A stretch of 64,000 nucleotides of DNA from Terrimicrobiaceae bacterium. Lineage in GTDB: Bacteria; Verrucomicrobiota; Verrucomicrobiia; Chthoniobacterales; Terrimicrobiaceae. The number at the start of each line of letters is the position of its first letter. Positions within the stretch are counted from its first letter, which is position 1. The notes below the pieces were generated by a model. That model was not told the origin of the DNA, made no database searches, and saw nothing but the letters and a program-made list of their open reading frames with translations. Below are positions 1-9,536 of the stretch, in pieces. The stretch is taken from contig JBGSVZ010000042.1 of the NCBI GenBank assembly GCA_041752695.1, positions 1-64,000 of the forward strand. The letters are read 5' to 3'. The translations under genes were made by a program, and so were the position numbers.

Positions 1-141
1 AAATCTTCGAATACATCGAAGGCTACTACAACACCCACCGCAAACACTCAGCCCTCGGATACAAAACCCCCAACCAGTTCGAGGCCCAGATCCACTCAGC
101 AAACTAAAACACAAATTGGTCCAAAAATCAGTTGCACCTCA
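1..141 (+). mobile_element. IS3-family insertion sequence, right end (transposase C-terminus 3-107 and terminal IR ending CA)
   Basis: Frame from nt 3 reads IFEYIEGYYNTHRKHSALGYKTPNQFEA..., the IS3 integrase-core C-terminal signature, stop TAA at 105-107; followed by TTGGTCCAAAAATCAGTTGCACCTCA ending in 3'-CA at 141. Confidence 0.85.
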
Positions 142-597
142 GTTTTGAATCGTATCAGCGAGCCGTGCTTGGCCCACTACGGAGCCTCGCGGACGCCTCT
201 GGACTGCGCACAGGCAGCTTTTGAATTCTGGCGTGATGTCGTGGCGACCGATCCCGCTTTTGAGCCCGACAAGGAGCATCTAATTGCCGTTTTGCTCGAT
301 ACCAAGCTTCGCCCCAAAGCCTACCATGTGGTTTCCGTGGGAAGCGTAAACGAAACCATTGCCCAACCCCGGGAGACGTTCCGCGCCGCCATCATTGCAG
401 CCGCCTACGGAATCGTGATCATGCACAACCACCCCTCGGGCGATCCTTCGCCAAGTCAGGCAGACCACCGGATGACCCGCCAGATGCGGGAGGCAGCCGG
501 AATCATCGGCATTCAACTCCTAGACCATGTGGTTTGTGGGGACGCTGAGGGCGGACGCCAACCATTCTACAGCTTTCGGGAAGGGGGTGTCCTGTGA
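142..597 (+). pseudogene. radC: RadC/JAB-domain protein, probably 5'-interrupted by IS3
   Basis: MHNHPSGDPSPSQAD...LLDHVV JAB motif; frame is open right up to the IS end, with no RBS or ATG. Confidence 0.75.
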
Positions 598-803
598 AAC
601 CCTACAAGCCCCGCAAGGAAACACCCCGGGAACGTTGTGTCTCAATGTTGCATTGCCTCCGCGTTTTGCTGGACGAGGAAAGGGCAAGAGTGCGGCCACG
701 GCCCGAGGAAATTCGTCGCTACGAGGCGCTTTTTGCAAAGCATGCCCAAGAGTTGGTGGAAATGGAGATTCAGGCGCACCGCAGGAAATATCGATTACTC
801 TGA
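594..803 (+). CDS. small hypothetical protein (element cargo)
   Basis: 69-aa ORF with GTGA overlap on the radC stop; helical and charged. Confidence 0.5.
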   Translation: MKPYKPRKETPRERCVSMLHCLRVLLDEERARVRPRPEEIRRYEALFAKHAQELVEMEIQAHRRKYRLL

Positions 804-844
804 AGGGCCAAGGATCGCCACGGCAGGGATTCGGGAGAGCGGAT

Positions 845-1063
845 TTATTCCCAACTGATGAAAACAGCGCGTTTCTTGCGCAACTCATGTAACAGGATTC
901 GCAGTTCACGCTCGGCTTGCACTGCAATCAAAAAATACTCCTCGTCGCATGTCTCTGCATAACCCTTGTAGGCAGCGCGATACGCTCCGAGGAGATTGGC
1001 GGAAATATGAACGCTCTCCCCGGATGTCAACTCTTCGACTTGCTGCATTAGAATAAGATCCAC
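845..1063 (-). CDS. small hypothetical protein
   Basis: 72-aa ORF with protein-like helical composition. Confidence 0.4.
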   Translation of the reverse strand: MDLILMQQVEELTSGESVHISANLLGAYRAAYKGYAETCDEEYFLIAVQAERELRILLHELRKKRAVFISWE

Positions 1064-1519
1064 AAAAAAATACAGACCGCCTCAGCGAAAGCTGCGACGG
1101 TCTGCTGTTCCCCCCAGAACGCCGTGACAGTGCCATGGTTCTGCCCATGCGCAAGGGGATTCTCTTTTCCGAATGTGATAAGATCGTCACAGGAAAATCC
1201 GTCTGAGATTGCGGCTTCACGGGCCCCTCAGTTGACGATGAAACGCCACTCGCGCCCACGACGCTCCCTCAAACTCCAGGTAATCGCCCCTCAAGAAATT
1301 GAAACCACGCAGCATGATCTGCTGCACACAGAACCACCGCCTTCAGTTGAATCGGCTTTTGAAGCGGAGTCTGGCCGGAACGACAAGCGAGGCGGCAGTA
1401 CGTTTCGCTCGCCATGACACAGCGGGAGAACAGGAAGCTTGGCTGAATTGGAACAGATTCGAGCTGAGGAAGCCGCGAAGCGAAAATGCCACCGGGTCCG
1501 CTCAAAGGCGAAAATTCCC

Positions 1520-2623
1520 TTAAGCGGAGAAAGAAACTTTCTGCGCCTGAGCTACACTATGCTCGCGGCGGAGGTGGCCGTAGGTGCGCATGGCGAGAGC
1601 GCCACCGTCCTTGTGGCCAAGCCAACGGGAAACCGTGGGTATATCGACTCCGCTCTCAATGCAGACGGTCGCGAAGAGATGCCGCAGGTCATGATGTGTA
1701 ATGCGGACCATCCCAACTTTTTTGGCCGCCCGATTCATTGACTTCTGGCATTCACGCACAAGAAAAACTTTTGCCGAAGCCGTTTCCTCCGAGCGGGCAG
1801 CCCTCATCTTTTGGAAAAGTTCTCGCGCTTGCGGAATCATCGGGACGCGGCGGATCTCTCCGTTTTTGGTCCCCTCTTCCGGGTCTCCCTTGACGAGAAT
1901 TTCGCCAGTCTCGAAATTCAGGTGGCGCCATTCTATCTGCGCCGCTTCGCCGATACGGCAACCAGTGAAAGCCAAGCCGCGTGCGAAATCGGCGCAATTC
2001 CTCGAATCCCGGCCATGTCCTGCTGCCATTTCCGCGACAAAAGCCGTGAACTTGGAACATGTTGGAAGCTCCAGATGCTTGGGTTTGGCGGGCCGCCGTT
2101 TGAGTCCTGCCGCAGGATTCGAATAAATCACCCCGCACTCAATGGCCACGTCCAAGATGCGGCGGAGTGTGGTGATTGTGCCGTTATAACGCGTAGCGCT
2201 GATGACTTTTGCATAGCGAGCGGACCAATCGCGGCAGGTAGCTGGTGTAATTTTGCGAATTTCCATAGCGGTGAGTTCCGGCCAGCTCTTGTTCAATGCG
2301 GTCAAAGTTTCATTCCAGTATTGCCGGGTGCGACGCTTGATTGTGATGCTTTCCGCAAGTCGAGAGACATGAAGCGTGGCGGCTTGGCCGAACGTCATCT
2401 TGGCATTAGAGACATCAATCTCCCGCCCCTTTCGTTCGCGATGCTCTTTGAGTTTTTCGGCAAGCCGGGCTTCGGCTATGGAGAAATGGGAGGTTTTGAG
2501 GGAACTCCAAATCTCTTTGCCATTCAGATACAAGCGGGAGTAATATTTCCCGTTCTTATGGCGAACGAGGTTTTGCAATCTGGTCTTTTCCCACGTTTTC
2601 ACGGTGGTTTCGGCGTTGTCCAT
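1520..2623 (-). CDS. tyrosine recombinase/integrase
   Basis: Catalytic R (TGCRIGE), K (TKNGE), HDLRH, LGH and Y (RTYGH) all intact; N-terminal arm-binding-like segment; adjacent to tRNA. Confidence 0.95.
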   Translation of the reverse strand: MDNAETTVKTWEKTRLQNLVRHKNGKYYSRLYLNGKEIWSSLKTSHFSIAEARLAEKLKEHRERKGREIDVSNAKMTFGQAATLHVSRLAESITIKRRTRQYWNETLTALNKSWPELTAMEIRKITPATCRDWSARYAKVISATRYNGTITTLRRILDVAIECGVIYSNPAAGLKRRPAKPKHLELPTCSKFTAFVAEMAAGHGRDSRNCADFARGLAFTGCRIGEAAQIEWRHLNFETGEILVKGDPEEGTKNGEIRRVPMIPQARELFQKMRAARSEETASAKVFLVRECQKSMNRAAKKVGMVRITHHDLRHLFATVCIESGVDIPTVSRWLGHKDGGALAMRTYGHLRREHSVAQAQKVSFSA

Positions 2624-2657
2624 GCCTCCACCGTAGAAGATGACCGTGAAAAGTCAA
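2624..2657 (-). promoter_or_regulatory. putative sigma70 promoter of integrase (leaderless geometry)
   Basis: TTGACT-16-TACGGT-6-ATG on the minus strand. Confidence 0.5.
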
Positions 2658-2694
2658 GACAGAATCCCCATTACAGCCATATTTACTCTGTAAA

Positions 2695-2770
2695 GCACCC
2701 GTAGCTCAGCGGATAGAGCACCGGACTTCTAATCCGATGGTCGGTGGTTCGATCCCACCCGGGTGCGCCA
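2695..2770 (+). tRNA. tRNA-Arg(TCT)
   Basis: Cloverleaf: acceptor GCACCCG/CGGGTGC, anticodon loop CTTCTAA, T-loop TTCGATC, encoded CCA. Confidence 0.95.
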
Positions 2771-2823
2771 CTTTCGCGAAGGTTTGCCGTGTCTTTTGTC
2801 GCAGGCGCCGGTAGGACTGGCTG

Positions 2824-4053
2824 ATGGTTTCATGGCTTCGTCCGGTTCTTGTCATCGCGCTTTTCCTTGGGGTAGCCACCCCGGGTCGGACGGCGCAGCC
2901 CATTGTCGTATTAGTGGGCATTGACGGATTTCGCTGGGACTATCTTGAAAAATTCCGCCCCCCCAATCTCACTCAACTTGCCACGACCGGAGTCCGTGGA
3001 GAACGCCTGGAAGCCAGTTTCCCCACCCTGACGTTTCCCAATTTCTACACGCTGGCGACAGGATTGCGGCCGGAACATCATGGCATCATTGGCAACAGCA
3101 TGTTCGACCCCGTGTTTCAGGAAAAATTTTCCCTCGGCAGTCCGGCGGTGCAGGAGGGCAAATGGTGGGAAGGGGAACCCATCTGGGTAACGGCGCAAAA
3201 ACAGGGTCTGCGTTCGGCCTGCATGTTTTGGCCGGGATCGGAAGCGGAAATTGCGGGTACGCGACCATGGGAATGGCGGAAGTTTGACTACAAAGTGACT
3301 CCCGAGGACCGCGTCCGCGCGGTTCTGGACTGGCTCGCCCGCCCGGAGGCAGAGCGACCGCGCCTGATCACGCTGTATTTTCATGAGCCCGACACGGCGG
3401 GCCATAAATTCGGACCAGATTCTTCAGAAACCGCCGACGCCGTCGCCTTGGTGGATGCCGCGATTGGCGGCCTACGGGAAGGAGTCCATCGGCTGGGACT
3501 TTCCGACGTGGTAAACTACGTCGTGGTTTCCGATCATGGCATGGCGGATCTCAGCACCGATCGAGTCATCGCCCTGAGCGAAAAACTCGACATGGCAAAG
3601 GTGAACGTGGATTTTGCGGGTGCCGTCGCCGGGCTTCGCCCGCATGAGGGCGAAAGTGTGGAGGAAATTTATCAGGCCTTGGCCGCGAAGCCCGCCCACT
3701 ACCAGGTTTACCGACGGGAGGAAATTCCCGAGCGGCTCCATTTCCGAACGCACCGGCGCATTCCGCCGATCGTTCTGGTGGCCGATGAGGGGTGGATGAT
3801 CATCCGCGAACCGCTGACCTCAGTGACACGCGGGATTTTTCAGAAAGCGACCCATGGGTTCGACCCGGCCATTCCCGCGATGGGCGCGACGTTCCTGGCG
3901 GATGGTCCGGCCTTTAAAAAAGGGGTGGTCCTGCCTCCTTTCGAAAATATCCACGTCTACAACCTTCTCTGCGCCACGTTGGGTTTGAAGCCCGCCAAAA
4001 ACGACGGAGACCGCCGTCTGCTTGATCAGGTACTGGCCCATCCTCCGAAATAA
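2824..4053 (+). CDS. nucleotide pyrophosphatase/phosphodiesterase (alkaline phosphatase superfamily), secreted
   Basis: Signal peptide; IDGFR, FPTLTFPNF, SDHGM and THGFD motifs. Confidence 0.9.
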   Translation: MVSWLRPVLVIALFLGVATPGRTAQPIVVLVGIDGFRWDYLEKFRPPNLTQLATTGVRGERLEASFPTLTFPNFYTLATGLRPEHHGIIGNSMFDPVFQEKFSLGSPAVQEGKWWEGEPIWVTAQKQGLRSACMFWPGSEAEIAGTRPWEWRKFDYKVTPEDRVRAVLDWLARPEAERPRLITLYFHEPDTAGHKFGPDSSETADAVALVDAAIGGLREGVHRLGLSDVVNYVVVSDHGMADLSTDRVIALSEKLDMAKVNVDFAGAVAGLRPHEGESVEEIYQALAAKPAHYQVYRREEIPERLHFRTHRRIPPIVLVADEGWMIIREPLTSVTRGIFQKATHGFDPAIPAMGATFLADGPAFKKGVVLPPFENIHVYNLLCATLGLKPAKNDGDRRLLDQVLAHPPK

Positions 4054-4055
4054 CC

Positions 4056-4943
4056 ATGCCCAAACCCTCCACTGTCTCCGAACCCGCCGAGTTACTGGCC
4101 TATTGTTTTTCCATCTGGCCGGACGTGAAGAAAACCCAGGTCCGCACCTGGCTGAAGTTCCAGGCAATCACGATCAACGGCCGCCCAACTTCTCAGTTTA
4201 ATCACCCGCTCGCACCGGGTGATGTCGTGGCCGTGCGCACGGATCGATTTGCCACCCCCAAGACCGTCCTCGGGTCGGGAATGAAGGTGTATTTCGAAGA
4301 CGCCGATTTGATCGTGATCGAAAAACCCTCCGGCCTCCTCAGCATTGCCAGCGAAGCGGAGCAGGAAAAGACTGCCTACCATCAACTGATGGAGCATGTT
4401 CGTCACGGCAACCCCCTCTCCCGCGAGCGGGTGTGGATCGTTCACCGCCTCGACCGGGAGACCTCCGGATTGATGGTTTTCGCCAAAACTCCGGAGACCA
4501 AGGAGATTCTGCAGGGACGCTGGGATGCCGCGGAAAAACGCTACGAGGCCGTGGTCGAAGGTCGGCTCAACAACGAAAGCGGAACGTTCGAGTCGGACCT
4601 CGACGAATCCAATCCTTACAAAGTTTTCAGTGTCCGTCCCAGCGATCTCACGCGCCACGCGGTGACTCACTACCGCGTGCTCGCCCGCAGTGCCTGGCGC
4701 TCACTGGTGGAACTCACGCTCGAGACCGGCCGGCGCCACCAGATCCGTGTTCAGCTCTCCGACGCGGGGTGTCCGATTGTCGGGGACAAAAAATACGGTG
4801 CCAAAAGCGACCCCGCCAAACGCCTCGGGCTTCACGCCTGCGCGCTGCGTTTTCCGCACCCGAAGACCGGCAAGGAACTCCGCTTCGCCTCCCCGCTCCC
4901 CAAGGACCTGGCGAAGCTGGTCCAGCCGGGGCAGGCTAAATGA
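4056..4943 (+). CDS. RluA-family pseudouridine synthase
   Basis: HRLDRETSG, TGRRHQIRVQ and GDKKYG motifs; N-terminal S4-like domain. Confidence 0.93.
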   Translation: MPKPSTVSEPAELLAYCFSIWPDVKKTQVRTWLKFQAITINGRPTSQFNHPLAPGDVVAVRTDRFATPKTVLGSGMKVYFEDADLIVIEKPSGLLSIASEAEQEKTAYHQLMEHVRHGNPLSRERVWIVHRLDRETSGLMVFAKTPETKEILQGRWDAAEKRYEAVVEGRLNNESGTFESDLDESNPYKVFSVRPSDLTRHAVTHYRVLARSAWRSLVELTLETGRRHQIRVQLSDAGCPIVGDKKYGAKSDPAKRLGLHACALRFPHPKTGKELRFASPLPKDLAKLVQPGQAK

Positions 4944-5556
4944 TGTTCAGCGACTTGAGCAGCGCTTCGTTGATCGTGCCGGTCCGGGGCAGGCCGTTGG
5001 CGGCCTGATAGCGGGCGATGGAGGCTTGGGTTTGGGGTCCAATGTCCCCGTCAATCGGTCCCCCATAATACCCGCGGCGCTGGAGTTCGACTTGGACGGA
5101 AATTTCCACCGGGTACGTTGCGAAGGCCGGATAAGTCACATAGTAGGGCCGCGCCATCACATTCCATCCGACGTAAACGCCGATGGGCGCCGCGTAAAAC
5201 GCGTTCACCCGGACATTCGCGGGCCGGTAAACGCCACCCGTGAAGACGTAGCCACTGCGGTAGCCGTTCCAGGAGGCATACGACTTTTCGACCGACCCTC
5301 CCCGGGGCCCCTCGGCGCTGACACTGCCCGTGCGGTAGCGACCCGCCCGGGTGCCGGAGGCTTCATAGGTCCCCCCGCGCGGACCTTCCGCTTCCACGCT
5401 GCCGGTGGCAAACCGACCGGCCCGGGTGCCGGAGGCTTCAACCGACCCTCCCCGGGGTCCCTCCCGGGAGACGGACCCGGTGGCAAAGCGCGGACCTGCG
5501 GTGAGGGAGCCAAGAGGAACGAGAACCAGGGCGAGGAGAATCGGTCGGCGAATCAT
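4936..5556 (-). CDS. secreted protein with 25-aa repeats and C-terminal peptidoglycan-binding domain
   Basis: Start MIRRPILLAL at 5556; 3x (R.ATGSV..EGPRGG..EASGTRAG); GYYGGPIDGDIGPQTQASIARYQAANGL PG-binding motif. Confidence 0.8.
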   Translation of the reverse strand: MIRRPILLALVLVPLGSLTAGPRFATGSVSREGPRGGSVEASGTRAGRFATGSVEAEGPRGGTYEASGTRAGRYRTGSVSAEGPRGGSVEKSYASWNGYRSGYVFTGGVYRPANVRVNAFYAAPIGVYVGWNVMARPYYVTYPAFATYPVEISVQVELQRRGYYGGPIDGDIGPQTQASIARYQAANGLPRTGTINEALLKSLNII

Positions 5557-5631
5557 GGAAAAAAGCGTATCGCAGAGCCGAAAAAAACGCAAACTTGCAG
5601 CGAACCTCCAATCGCGCAACCTTACGGCCTC

Positions 5632-7242
5632 ATGATGCGCCTTTTCCTCGCTCTGCTTTGCGTGCTTCCGGCAGCTCACGCCCTTGACTTCTCGCCTCTG
5701 GAGCAAATTCCCATTCAGGAAGCCGGGCGCAAAAAACCCTACCTGGTTTTTTCCCAGGAAACCCTGCTCGCCCTCTCGGGCAAGACGGCGGTGAAAATCG
5801 ATGGTCAGAAACGGTCTGCGATGGACCTCATCACCACGCTCTGGCTCACTCCGGAAGGTTGGGACGACCAGCCGCTTCTCCTTGTAAATCACAAACCTTT
5901 GAAGGATATCACGGGTCTCGACCCCTCGCGGAAATTGTTTTCTTACCGCGAACTCGCCGGGAACGCCGAACTCCTCAAACTGCTCAACGAGGCGCAGGCC
6001 TTACGGGCAAAGCCTGGCAATCAGCGACTCTCCGGGCTGCCCAAGGAAGCGGCAGACGTGGGACTACGGATGGCGGAGTTTGAGTCCCTCCGAAACGGCA
6101 AGGCCTACTGTTTCGTCGCCAATCCCACCATGTCCGATGGCGCTTGGTCCCCCGCCCCGCCCGAGGCGCTCGCTCCCCTGCGCGAGGCCCTTCAATCCGG
6201 CAGCGACGCCGCCTTTGCCTCCGCTGCGACAACCTTCCGGGATTCCATGGCCGCCATCCAGCCGCGCTTCCAGCCGGTGGGTTGGAAAATGTCCCTCGAG
6301 ACGGTATACCAAAAAAGTCATCCCTTCGGCTGGGCGTGGAAATTTTATCTTGCCGCGGGCGTCGCTCTGTTGCTGGGCAGCATGCGGGGGGGATATCTGA
6401 CCGCGTGGGTGCTGGCGAGTATCGGGCTTCTTTTGCAGGTGGCGGGATTTGTGGCGCGGACCATCATCTCCGGCCGGGCCCCGGTGACGAACATGTACGA
6501 GTCGATCATCTGGGTGGCCTTTGGGACGGTCTTTTTTGCCCTGATTTTTGAGGCCATTTACCGCAGCCGGTTTTTCCTCCTGGGAGCCCTGCCGGTTGCG
6601 GTGGTTTCTCTCATCCTGGCCGACACCCAGCCCGTCGCACTCAGCCCCGGAATCAATCCGCTCGTCCCCGTCCTGCGCGACAATTTCTGGCTGTCCACAC
6701 ACGTCACCACCATCACCCTGAGTTACGCCGCATTTCTCCTCGCGCTTGGCATCGGACACATCGCGCTCGGCTTGGTGATTGCCGGAAAAAAACCGTCCAG
6801 CGCCCTCTACAACTACCTCTACCGCGTCCTTCAGATCGGCGTGCTCCTGCTCGCGATCGGCACCATCCTTGGAGCGGTCTGGGCCAATTATTCGTGGGGC
6901 CGCTTCTGGGATTGGGACCCCAAGGAAACGTGGGCCCTCGTCACCCTGCTGGCCTATCTCTTCATTCTTCATGGCCGCATTGCGGGCAAATGGGGCGGGT
7001 TCGGCATGGCCGTGGGCGCAGTCCTCGCCTTCCTCTCCGTCCTCATGGCCTGGTATGGGGTGAATTTCGTCCTCGGTGCCGGCCTGCACAGCTACGGTTT
7101 TGGGTCCGGTGGATTTGGCTACGCCGCAGCGTTCGTCGCCGTCGAAGTCGTCTTCGTCGCCATCGCCATCGTGAGGAGTCGTCAGTCTCTCCCGCCGAAA
7201 TCCCCCCAGCCCGCCGCATCCGAACCTCACTTGGTCTCGTAA
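5632..7242 (+). CDS. ccsA: cytochrome c biogenesis protein CcsA/ResC-type (system II) with periplasmic N-terminal region
   Basis: WWD motif GAVWANYSWGRFWDWDPKETW, plus GLHSYG and WLSTHV; realistic start ATG 5632. Confidence 0.88.
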   Translation: MMRLFLALLCVLPAAHALDFSPLEQIPIQEAGRKKPYLVFSQETLLALSGKTAVKIDGQKRSAMDLITTLWLTPEGWDDQPLLLVNHKPLKDITGLDPSRKLFSYRELAGNAELLKLLNEAQALRAKPGNQRLSGLPKEAADVGLRMAEFESLRNGKAYCFVANPTMSDGAWSPAPPEALAPLREALQSGSDAAFASAATTFRDSMAAIQPRFQPVGWKMSLETVYQKSHPFGWAWKFYLAAGVALLLGSMRGGYLTAWVLASIGLLLQVAGFVARTIISGRAPVTNMYESIIWVAFGTVFFALIFEAIYRSRFFLLGALPVAVVSLILADTQPVALSPGINPLVPVLRDNFWLSTHVTTITLSYAAFLLALGIGHIALGLVIAGKKPSSALYNYLYRVLQIGVLLLAIGTILGAVWANYSWGRFWDWDPKETWALVTLLAYLFILHGRIAGKWGGFGMAVGAVLAFLSVLMAWYGVNFVLGAGLHSYGFGSGGFGYAAAFVAVEVVFVAIAIVRSRQSLPPKSPQPAASEPHLVS

Positions 7243-7251
7243 ACCGCATGC

Positions 7252-7932
7252 ATGGAAAAAATCCTCATCACCGGTGCCTCCGGCGGCATCGGAAAAGCGG
7301 TCGCCACCAAACTTGCCTCCCGCGGCATCTTGCCAGCCGTCAACGCCCGCACGGCCGAACGCCTGGCCGAATTTCCCGGGCCTAAATTTCCCGGTGACCT
7401 GACCAACGCGGCCGCCGTCGAGTCCGTCATCGCAGGTGCCGCCGAGGCTCTGGGTGGCCTCGACGCCGTGGTTCATTGTGCGGGCGTAGGACTGATCAAA
7501 CCGGCCCTCGACACCACGGACGCGGAGTTCACCCGGGTGATGAATATCAACACCCGGGCCACATTTCTTGTCGCCCGCGAAGCGTGCAAGGTCATGGCTG
7601 CGGCCAAACACGGCCTGTTCATCACCATCCCCGGCATCCTCGGCAAGGCCCCCATGCGCAATGCCGCGGCTTATTGCGCCAGCAAATACGCCGTCACCGG
7701 AATGATCAAATGTTTCGCTCAGGAATTCCAACGCAGCGGCGTGCGCTTTTCCCTGCTGCATCTCGGCGGGGTCGACACCCCCTTCTGGGATGGCATCGGC
7801 ATGACCGTGCAGCGCGAGAAAATGATTCCCGCCGACACTGCCGCCGATCTGATCCTCCAAGCCCTCGACGCTCCTTCCCACCTCGTGCTCAGCGAAATTG
7901 TGATGCAACCCGAGAGCCACCAGCTTGTCTGA
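7252..7932 (+). CDS. short-chain dehydrogenase/reductase
   Basis: TGASGGIG and YCASK motifs. Confidence 0.9.
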   Translation: MEKILITGASGGIGKAVATKLASRGILPAVNARTAERLAEFPGPKFPGDLTNAAAVESVIAGAAEALGGLDAVVHCAGVGLIKPALDTTDAEFTRVMNINTRATFLVAREACKVMAAAKHGLFITIPGILGKAPMRNAAAYCASKYAVTGMIKCFAQEFQRSGVRFSLLHLGGVDTPFWDGIGMTVQREKMIPADTAADLILQALDAPSHLVLSEIVMQPESHQLV

Positions 7933-7936
7933 CCGG

Positions 7937-8938
7937 ATGATCCCCGACGTTTGCATCATCGGTGCCGGGATGGCCGGACTCAGCGCCGCCCGAATTCTCA
8001 CCAAGGCCGGGAAATCCGTCGTCATTCTAGAGAAGAGCCGCGGCGTGGGCGGACGGGCTGCCACGCGTCGGATCGACGGCATCCCCGTGGATCACGGAGC
8101 CCAGTTTTTCACCGCTCGCACCGGGGAATTCCAAACCGAGGTCTCCAAGTGGCTTTCCGCGGGATGCTGTTTCGAATGGAGCCGGGGATTTCACCGTTGG
8201 CAGGAGGGCAAGGTAATCCCACCGGACACGGCCGATGCGCACCCCCGATACGCCTGCGCCGAAGGCGTTACGTCCTTGGCAAAACACCTCGCCACGGGAC
8301 TCGATGTGCAGCGCGAGCGAAAAGTTCTCCAAGCGTCCGTCTCCGATGGGATCTTTACGATCCCTTGCGAAGATGGCCTTTCGTTCCAAGCCAAGGCCCT
8401 TTTCACCTCCGCACCCCTGCCCCAGACTCTGGACATCGGCGGGGGTTTCCTCCCACCGGAGGCAAGGGCGGAAATCGCACAGGTTTCTGTCGTACCCTGT
8501 CTGACCGTGATCGCCGAGACGACAGATCCCGCTCCGGCCTGGAAAGCGATTCAGGTCTCCGAAGGTCCGCTCTCCTGGATTGGGGCCGACTTTACTAAAC
8601 GCCCCCACCCTGCACGCCACTTTTTCGTTTTGCAGGGCAGCGTGGCATTCAGCATGGCGCACCTCGACAGTGACCAACGGAACGCCTCGGAGATTCTCGT
8701 CGACGAAGCGAAACGGCTCGGAGGATTTTCCAACCTGCAAATCCTCCACACGCATCGCTGGCGCTACGCCCGGGCGGAAAATCCTCTAGCGACGCGCCCG
8801 TTTCTCCGTCCGCAGACCGACCTTCCCTTCTACATTATCGGAGATGCTTTTCTGGGCGGACGATTTGAATCCGCCTGGCTGTCAGGAAAGGCAGCGGCCG
8901 AGGATTTTCTCATTCCTCATCGGACGGTGGAGCAGTGA
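7937..8938 (+). CDS. renalase-like NAD(P)/FAD-dependent oxidoreductase
   Basis: GAGMAG, EKSRGVGGR, DHGAQFF, HRWRYA and ESAWLSG motifs. Confidence 0.85.
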   Translation: MIPDVCIIGAGMAGLSAARILTKAGKSVVILEKSRGVGGRAATRRIDGIPVDHGAQFFTARTGEFQTEVSKWLSAGCCFEWSRGFHRWQEGKVIPPDTADAHPRYACAEGVTSLAKHLATGLDVQRERKVLQASVSDGIFTIPCEDGLSFQAKALFTSAPLPQTLDIGGGFLPPEARAEIAQVSVVPCLTVIAETTDPAPAWKAIQVSEGPLSWIGADFTKRPHPARHFFVLQGSVAFSMAHLDSDQRNASEILVDEAKRLGGFSNLQILHTHRWRYARAENPLATRPFLRPQTDLPFYIIGDAFLGGRFESAWLSGKAAAEDFLIPHRTVEQ

Positions 8939-9536
8939 GGGTCTTCAGGACGGACTCCTGATCACTCAGGACCCGGTAAAACCAACTTTCCTCGCCGCGG
9001 TGGAGGTCGATCCACCCGGCAAGTTGCAGACTGGTCAGCAATTTTGATAAGCGCCTTCCGTCGGGAAATTCCTGAGTAAGTTCGGTGGCCTCCGCCCTTC
9101 TTGAGGCAAAGATCGCTTGCAGCAAATCCCAAGCCTCCCCACGCTCGCGGGCGCTGAGGAGGATGCGGGCGTCGATCTGATCCCAGATCGCAAACGTCAT
9201 TCTCGGCGGAATCAGAAGCACCTCGCGGAAGAGATGCCAGCCAATGATGGGCCGGTCCGGCGGCAGGGCAAACCGCCGTTGCCAGCGATCCAGCGCACCC
9301 CACAACACCAGCGCCGCCACCGCCCCGATACCCACCGGCCAATACCAGCGCGGGGGATTAAAAAGGTCCGTGTTTCCCGTCCTGACCGTTTCAAAAACCA
9401 AAACCCCTGCGGTGTACAATGCGAAAAAAAACATCCACGAGAGCCAGGCTCCCAAAAGGCTGAGGGCCGCCGCCACCCAGCAACTCCGGTTATGCACCAC
9501 GATGCGCGCGGTGAATTCTGGCGGCACCTCCGTCAC
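8910..9536 (-). CDS. hypothetical membrane protein
   Basis: Two hydrophobic helices; GTGA overlap with the larE stop. Confidence 0.7.
   Translation of the reverse strand: MTEVPPEFTARIVVHNRSCWVAAALSLLGAWLSWMFFFALYTAGVLVFETVRTGNTDLFNPPRWYWPVGIGAVAALVLWGALDRWQRRFALPPDRPIIGWHLFREVLLIPPRMTFAIWDQIDARILLSARERGEAWDLLQAIFASRRAEATELTQEFPDGRRLSKLLTSLQLAGWIDLHRGEESWFYRVLSDQESVLKTLTAPPSDEE

Noticed and set aside
1124..1523. Short overlapping ORFs downstream of the integrase
   Set aside because: Several competing frames with no recognisable motif; cannot choose a real gene
4690..5631. Apparent 314-aa N-terminal extension of the ccsA ORF (850 aa)
   Set aside because: It overlaps the RluA gene and the antisense PG-binding gene; a signal peptide begins at ATG 5632
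6064..8082. 672-aa minus-strand ORF
   Set aside because: Antisense shadow of ccsA/SDR in high-GC DNA; no motifs
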